Source of the DNA: Longimicrobiales bacterium
GTDB taxonomy: Bacteria > Gemmatimonadota > Gemmatimonadetes > Longimicrobiales > Gaopeijiaceae
Assembly: GCA_965219445.1 (NCBI GenBank)
Contig: CBDCNQ010000004.1
Location: forward strand, 1,024,001 to 1,088,000
Length of the DNA: 64,000 nucleotides
Direction of reading: 5' to 3'
Under the pieces are notes generated by a model, which saw nothing but the letters and a program-made list of their open reading frames with translations, was not told where the DNA came from and did not search any database. The translations under genes were made by a program, and so were the position numbers. Shown piece after piece: positions 60,769 through 64,000 of the stretch (position 1 is its first letter; every line of letters begins with the position of its first letter).

Positions 60769-61070
60769 GAGGGTGATCGGAAAGGGGGGCGGGTCGCGCA
60801 CAGGGCGCTTGTGCGCGTTCAGACAAGGAACGACGACGAGGCGTAGCAGAGCTACTCCGAGGAGGAGAGACGCAGGATCAACCGCACAACCGCCCTGTGC
60901 CCACAACCATGTGGAGCATGATCTTACACGTTGATGGGTTGCTGTGGCACGACCCCATCTCCGTTGTTGGAGCTCCTAGCCGTAGCGAATGCTATGGCGT
61001 CGTTGCTCCGCCTCGGAGCTAGGGCCGTGGCATCCGCAACGCGGCCCACCCCCCTTTCCGATCACCCTCC
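60768..61070. ncRNA. Candidate highly structured RNA or non-autonomous element filling the moxR-DUF58 gap
   Basis: 31-bp terminal inverted repeat (29/31 Watson-Crick), an internal 17-bp stem and several small hairpins. Confidence 0.6.
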
Positions 61071-62042
61071 ATGCCTCTTGGGAACCCGACGCGGATGTTG
61101 AGAAGCCTGCCGAGGCGTGCTCTTCGGCTGCTGGCGCGCCCTGCGCGCGACCTTCCGTCCCCGGAGCCGCTCCGGGAAGTTCGGCGGCTCGATCTGCGCA
61201 CCCGTGGATTCGTGGACTCACTCTACGTCGGTGAGTACGATTCCATCTTTCTCGGTCAGGGCATGGAATTTTCGCACGTTCGAGCCTACCAGCCCGGCGA
61301 GGACGTCCGCATGATCGATTGGAGGGTCACGGCGCGGGCCGGCACGCCTTTCGTTCGCCAGTTCATCGAGGAGCGCGACCTCCACGTCGTACTCCTCGTG
61401 GACGTCTCGGGGTCGGCCAGATTCGGTCCCGGGGAGAAGAGTCCGCAAGAGGTGGCGGCGGAGATCACTGCCGCGCTGGCCTTCGCAGCGACTCGGCACA
61501 ACGACCGAGTTTCCCTCGTACTCGTGAGTGATCGAGTCGAGCACTTCGTTCCCATAGGATCGGGGCGCAGGCATGTCTTTCGTCTGCTGACCGAACTGAT
61601 CACCCACACTCCGCAAGGGCGGGGCACCGACCTGAGCGTCGGGCTGAACCGGCTCGGCGATACCCTCCTTGGCCGGGCCACGATCTTCCTCATCAGTGAC
61701 TTCATTCAGAGCAACGCCGACGCGTCCTTGCGTAACGCGTTGATGAGGGTGGGATCCGTGCACGATCTGGTAGCGGTCCGGCTTTTGACAGCGGCCACGC
61801 TGGAGCTACCCGACGTAGGATGGGTCGAGATGAACGATCCCGAGAGTGGTCGCAGGATCATGTTCGACAGTGGGCAGCGGAAGGTACGGGAGGAGTACGA
61901 TCGTAGCGCCCTCCGAGCTCAGGCGGACACGGCGGCCCTCATTGGCGAGGTCGGGGCCGAGCTGCTCGACGTCGACACCGCTTCCGATCCGCTTGCCGCT
62001 CTCACCCGCTTCTTCCGAATGCGTGGGGGCAGGCCCCGATGA
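61071..62042 (+). CDS. DUF58 domain protein
   Basis: GMEFSHVRAYQPGEDVRMIDWRVTAR, VDVSGS and LISDF; follows moxR. Confidence 0.9.
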   Translation: MPLGNPTRMLRSLPRRALRLLARPARDLPSPEPLREVRRLDLRTRGFVDSLYVGEYDSIFLGQGMEFSHVRAYQPGEDVRMIDWRVTARAGTPFVRQFIEERDLHVVLLVDVSGSARFGPGEKSPQEVAAEITAALAFAATRHNDRVSLVLVSDRVEHFVPIGSGRRHVFRLLTELITHTPQGRGTDLSVGLNRLGDTLLGRATIFLISDFIQSNADASLRNALMRVGSVHDLVAVRLLTAATLELPDVGWVEMNDPESGRRIMFDSGQRKVREEYDRSALRAQADTAALIGEVGAELLDVDTASDPLAALTRFFRMRGGRPR

Positions 62043-63046
62043 GCTCCACGCTAGCGAAGGCCGCGATTCTCTTCGCCTTACACGCGACCGTGGCTACGGG
62101 CGGGGCTCAAGCACAGTCCCTGGACCTACCCTCTGAGGCCCGACTCGTCGGGTTCACGGTGGAGCCCGACGCGCCGGAGTTCGGGCACGCGTTTGACCTC
62201 CGAATCACCCTCAGGATCGGACCGGGGGTTGTCGCGTTCCTTCCGGATACGCTGGATCCGGGGGACGCCTCGGCCAGCGCAGGGACGGGGGATTGGAGTG
62301 AGACGTCCGGCCCAGCCGACTCGGTGGATATCCTGGCGCGTTATCCGGTCATGGCGTTCCTGAGCGGTCCCGTGGAGCTGCCGTGGCTGGAGCTATGGAC
62401 TCGGCCTGCAGGGGTTGGCGAAGTGGGCGGTGCGAGGCCGATGAGTGACTTGGCGGGTACCAGTTTCAGCGACGAATTCCAACCAACCCTGATTTCGGTC
62501 GGGGCCACCGAGATCACTCCGCTCGCGGAGATGGCCGAGGCGACCGGCGATCTCTTCCCCCGGCCGGCAGCGGATGTGCTCGGTGGCGAGTGGAGCATTT
62601 GGATGCTCTCGGCGGTCGCTACCGCCATCGCCGGTGCGAGTTTGGCCTGGCTCCTCATCGCCCGGCGTCGGCTGGCGAGTCGAGGCGACGCCGAACTGAA
62701 CGGGCGAGATCGTTCTCCGCGAGGTGAGGCGCTTCGTGAGCTCGATCGGATCCGGGGTCTGGGTTGGCTTACCGAGGGCCGGATGGTCGAGTTCTACGAC
62801 GCTTCGACAGGCGTGCTCCGTCGGTTCTCGGAGCAGGAGGAGGCGGATTGGGGTCTCGCCCTGACGAGCAGCGAATTGCTGGTGAGGCTCCAGGGCCGTT
62901 GGGGTTCCAGCTCCGTAGAGAATCTCGGTTCGACAATATCGGTAGCCGAGCGGGTGAAGTTTGGAGGGCATCACTCAGAGGTCGAAATCGCTGAAGGCCA
63001 CTGGATGACGATTCGTGACTGGATCGAGGGGATGGCGCAAGATTGA
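62039..63046 (+). CDS. Membrane-anchored hypothetical protein of the MoxR/Bat operon
   Basis: Signal peptide, TM segment, ALRELDR...FY, and LTS.EL and VKF motifs; coupled to both neighbours. Confidence 0.7.
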   Translation: MSSTLAKAAILFALHATVATGGAQAQSLDLPSEARLVGFTVEPDAPEFGHAFDLRITLRIGPGVVAFLPDTLDPGDASASAGTGDWSETSGPADSVDILARYPVMAFLSGPVELPWLELWTRPAGVGEVGGARPMSDLAGTSFSDEFQPTLISVGATEITPLAEMAEATGDLFPRPAADVLGGEWSIWMLSAVATAIAGASLAWLLIARRRLASRGDAELNGRDRSPRGEALRELDRIRGLGWLTEGRMVEFYDASTGVLRRFSEQEEADWGLALTSSELLVRLQGRWGSSSVENLGSTISVAERVKFGGHHSEVEIAEGHWMTIRDWIEGMAQD

Positions 63047-64000
63047 TGCGGATCGAATTCGCTCGCCCCGAATTTCTCTATCTCCTCTTGCTCCTCCCCC
63101 TGTGGGGCCTACTCGTTTGGCCGAGAACGGGGCGAGGCCTCCTGTACACGCATGGGGATCCCGGGCAGGGACCGACACGGTGGCCTGGCCTGCGATCGGT
63201 CCTGATCCGCATCGTACCACCGACCCTGAGAGCGGCGTCTTTGGCGTGTTTGGTGGTGGCACTCTCGGGGCCCGATCGAGTCGAAACAGTCGAGGAGTTT
63301 GCCCCACAGGGAATAGGTCTGGGGTTGGTCGTCGACCTCTCCAGCTCGATGTTGGCCTCGGACATGGGCGAAGGAGTCAGTCGGATTGCCATGGCCCGAG
63401 AGGAGGCCGTTCGCTTCGCCCGAGGGCGTCCCTACGATGAGATGAGCCTGATCGGCTTCGGGATGGAGGCCGTCACGAGGGTTCCAGCTACCACGGATCC
63501 GGAATTGGTGGCTCAGGGTGTCGAGTCGCTGGAGGTACAGCTCGTTCGCGACGGCACCAATATTTCGGGCGCCGTCCTGACGACCATCTCGCGGCTCCTC
63601 GAGTCGGATCGCGAACCGAGGGTCGTGGTGCTCCTGACGGATGGCGCCCATAACGGCATCGAGTTGCCTCCCCTTGCGACGGCCCGTGCTGCAGCAGCCC
63701 TGGGCGTCCGGATCCATTCCATCAGCATTCTCTCTCCGGAAGACGCACCTCTCGCTCCCGGTGCGACGATGAGGCGGCGAGGCGGCGTGGAGCCGGATTC
63801 GGATAGGGAGACCGTGCTCCAGGGCCTGGCGGGCCTGACCGGCGGACGGTACTTCCACGCGTCGAATCCCGTTGCGTTGGATTCGATCTACCGTGTGATC
63901 GACCAGATCGAGCCACAGGTCCAGCGGCTCGCCGAGCGGGACGTGTCTCACCCCGTCCGCCACTGGTTTTTTCTCTTGGGCTTGAGCCTGTTGGCGGCGC
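63046..64000 (+). CDS. BatA-like von Willebrand factor A protein, running off the window end
   Basis: ATG overlaps the upstream TGA; MRIEFARPEFLYLLLLLPL, MIDAS VDLSSSM, GTNI, LLTDG and TGGRYF. Confidence 0.85.
   Translation, partial: MRIEFARPEFLYLLLLLPLWGLLVWPRTGRGLLYTHGDPGQGPTRWPGLRSVLIRIVPPTLRAASLACLVVALSGPDRVETVEEFAPQGIGLGLVVDLSSSMLASDMGEGVSRIAMAREEAVRFARGRPYDEMSLIGFGMEAVTRVPATTDPELVAQGVESLEVQLVRDGTNISGAVLTTISRLLESDREPRVVVLLTDGAHNGIELPPLATARAAAALGVRIHSISILSPEDAPLAPGATMRRRGGVEPDSDRETVLQGLAGLTGGRYFHASNPVALDSIYRVIDQIEPQVQRLAERDVSHPVRHWFFLLGLSLLAA

Noticed and set aside
60768..61070. Simple rho-independent terminator, or tmRNA, RNase P or SRP RNA
   Set aside because: Too long and multibranched, with no U-tract, and I see none of the conserved motifs of those RNAs. 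This was not confirmed by a covariance search.
63109..63963. 284-aa minus-strand ORF
   Set aside because: Antisense shadow of the VWA gene on the plus strand, which the ORF track omits because it runs off the window.

Overview
High-GC bacterial window. The gene content (DUF1592/DUF1552/ankyrin cluster, signal-peptide creatininases, Tat-tagged PLP enzymes, PQQ dehydrogenase, acidic Ig-like lipoproteins) resembles Gemmatimonadota/Acidobacteriota-type genomes; this taxonomy is inference only. Bases 1-10.3 kb and 33-64 kb are mostly metabolic and envelope genes. Bases 10.4-33 kb are a decayed mobile region containing a full group IIC intron with RT/maturase, an ORF-less IIC intron, a 5' intron fragment, a tyrosine integrase beside a tRNA-Lys 3' fragment (att-like), ICE remnants (ArdC, relaxase, CI/Cro/AlpA, VirB2-4) and nested IS256/IS3 fragments. 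The most striking unexplained feature is a 303-nt, almost fully base-paired element (60768-61070). Its 31-bp closing stem runs from the last base of the moxR stop codon to the base before the DUF58 ATG. Also notable is a Tat-signal LeuC-like aconitase-family subunit with three LeuD-like paralogs plus a relic, surrounding an octaheme cytochrome c. All product calls come from motif recognition by eye, with no database search. Several frameshifts could be sequencing errors.
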